A stretch of 64,000 nucleotides of DNA from Prionailurus viverrinus (Eukaryota), in NCBI RefSeq assembly GCF_022837055.1, contig NC_062566.1:66926464-66990463 (forward strand), in the 5' to 3' direction. This document shows positions 61,894-64,000 of this stretch, in pieces (position 1 is the stretch's first letter; every line of letters begins with the position of its first letter). The notes beneath the pieces are model-generated. The model saw only the letters and a list, made by a program, of their open reading frames with translations. It made no database searches and had not been told where the DNA came from. The position numbers and the translations under genes were made by a program.

Positions 61894-62979
61894 GAAACAT
61901 TTTAAATAAGTTGGGGATGAAGTCTCCAAGGAGAGAAGGAAATCCTTATTAATTGGACCGAACAATAGACTCTGCCCTTTCCTCCTACCTCCCACCTCTG
62001 AAAATTCTTCTGTCTGCTTTGGCCCCAGAAATCCGAGTCCAAGTCACCAGAATCAGGGACCACAGTGGCTTTTGGATGCACAGGGATCCAGGGTGTTCTT
62101 GGGGAACTGATGGCCCATTGAAGAAGTCCTATAAGTCGTTGCTAGATATGCTAGGGGGCCAGGGCTTCATACTTCTCTCATTTTTTTTTTTTTTTTGCAC
62201 CTCTTGGGGATGCTATTTGATTAACTTTTAATCATTTCATTGCTTCTCTCTCCATCATCCTGTGGCTCCATCTCCCCTGTCCCTTACCCAGCTACTTCCC
62301 TGAGGGTAGCCTGTTGTAGAGTCATCTGGTTTCAAAGGCTCTGCTTTTGAAAAGGATTTCCTTTGGAGGCTTGGTTAGCTGTGTTCAGCTCTGTCATACC
62401 TCAGTTCCACTTGTCCCCCACTTCAACATTTCATTTTTCCAGATAGGGGTTTGAGAATTGGCCTGGAATTGTGAGAAAAATTCTGGGTTGGTTCTTGGGG
62501 ATGTATGGGCACGGTAAGTGTATGTGGTTAAGATGTATGGGTATGGCAAGTGTATGTGGTTAGGTCTCTGAAGGGCAAAGAACCTTGGTGAAGAGAAGGG
62601 AGATGGGAGAGGTCAGGGAGGAGAACAAAGGCAGGGAGGAAGATTCAAGTGCTTTGGACTCAAACCCTGACACAATGGAGTCTTAACTGGTAAGGTTTTG
62701 GAACTTACTGATAAGTTTTTAATTAATTTTAAAACTGTACCTATAAGACAGGTGGGGTTAGGGTTGCCAATTACTTCCTTTTTACCCGAGGAAAGAATTT
62801 GAAACACATTTATTTGCTTAAAAAGACAGAATTGAGACTAGAACCCAGGTTGAGTTCTGCCTTCCTCTTGACCAGAAATAAGTAAGCCTGGTTTTTGAAT
62901 GAGAATTACCTAGGACACTATTGTGGATCCCCAGAATTATGGATCTCTAGGATTAGGCTCCAGAATTTGTATTTTCTTT

Positions 62980-63201
62980 CTTTAAAAAAAATTTTTTTAA
63001 TGTTTATTTTTGACAGAGAGAGACAGACAGAACATGAGCAGGGGAGGGGCAGAGAGAGAGGGAGACACAGAATCTGAAACAGGCTCCAGGCTCTGAGCTG
63101 TCAGCATAGAGCCCAACGGGGGCTGGAACTCACAGACCATGAGATCATGACATGAGCCGACCGACGTCGGACGCTCAACCGACTGAGCCACCGGGCGCCC
63201 C
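62980..63201 (-). mobile_element. CAN-SINE (reverse); TSD agaatttgtattttc
   Basis: ...caaccgactgagccaccgggcgcccc. Confidence 0.85.
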
Positions 63202-63426
63202 TAGAATTTGTATTTTCAAGCATATGCTGAAATAGTTCTGTTTCAGCCACTGACCACCAAAATTGTGGACTACTCCATCTGCTTTTTTGTGCTTGTCTAG
63301 TCACTGGTCTTGAATTACTGCTTGCAATTTCATTTGACAGGATCTGTATTTTATTGGTCTGGGTATCCCAGAATAGGGATCTGGGGGAACTAACTGGCAC
63401 ATAGATTTCTACTTTGGAGTGTTCCC

Positions 63427-63428
63427 AT

Positions 63429-63460
<32 letters not shown>
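63427..63460. repeat. poly(T) tract
   Basis: About 33 consecutive T. Confidence 0.9.
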
Positions 63461-63461
<1 letters not shown>

Positions 63462-64000
63462 GTCAACCAATAAAAGTGTCTGAGGGAGGAATTGGAGGGC
63501 AAGGGTCCAAAAGGAAATTGGGTTTATCCCTGCCCTCAGGGTAGTGTTAATCACATTTTGAGTGTCCTTACTGATAAGTAGGGTAGGAGGATTATATTGG
63601 GTTTGTCACTGCCCTAAGGAAGGTCTTAATACCATTTTGAATATACTCTTTAGCCTTCATCCTCAAATCCAGCCCTTTTACTTCTTTGATTCGATTATTT
63701 CCCTGTACTTCTATGTAGATTTATCATCCCTTCCTCTCTAAATCTTTGTCATAAAGAGAGATAATTAAACCTGCTAGTGGTAGCAAAACTGAAGTTAGGG
63801 TTGGGGGTGGAAACATAGGCACCATTAACTTTTGCCAGGCTATAGAATGAGGAGGGACTTTCCCATCAGACTTTCAGTGGGTCTGATTCAGAAAGTGGGT
63901 CTGATTCAGAAAGAGGAGTGGGTGGGTGGATGAGCTTAGTGTGGACCCTGCTGAGAGAGGATCCTCCCTTCTGGGGCAGCTCTTTGGCCCCTTCTGTGTC

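Overview
This is vertebrate, not prokaryotic, DNA. The sequence shows it directly: GC-rich CpG-island promoters, split genes with GT/AG introns, and at least 28 copies of a tRNA-derived carnivore SINE (head GGGGCGCCTGGGTGGCTCAGTCGGTTAAGCG..., A-rich tail), so the source is a carnivore, probably a felid. Gene content and order match the human 14q11.2 block: a KLHL33-like BTB/kelch gene (minus strand, 2.2-9.3 kb), OSGEP (minus, 26.7-32.7 kb, 11 coding exons, 335 aa) and APEX1 (plus, 33.7-35.7 kb, 318 aa) sharing a roughly 1 kb bidirectional CpG promoter, PIP4P1/TMEM55B (minus, 36.7-39.8 kb, 7 coding exons, 277 aa), and the first coding micro-exon of PNP (plus, 60.67 kb, MENG). Exon coordinates were derived by hand by translating across splice sites. 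Non-genic content comprises two adjacent L1 fragments (17.2-22.9 kb), a degraded gammaretrovirus-like endogenous provirus with both LTRs (49.9-60.15 kb) lying between PIP4P1 and the PNP promoter and riddled with SINE insertions, and several microsatellites. Points worth a second look are: a tandem BTB-BTB-BACK-kelch architecture in the KLHL33-like gene; a young SINE 26 bp from a PIP4P1 splice acceptor; two SINEs inserted at the same target site; a SINE cluster bounded by a 16-bp direct repeat containing a head-to-head inverted SINE pair in PNP intron 1; and a cluster of four CCAAT motifs upstream of PIP4P1. The supplied ORF track evidently allows GTG/TTG/CTG starts, so its 'M' is often not ATG. 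No CRISPR arrays and no prokaryotic-style systems are present.
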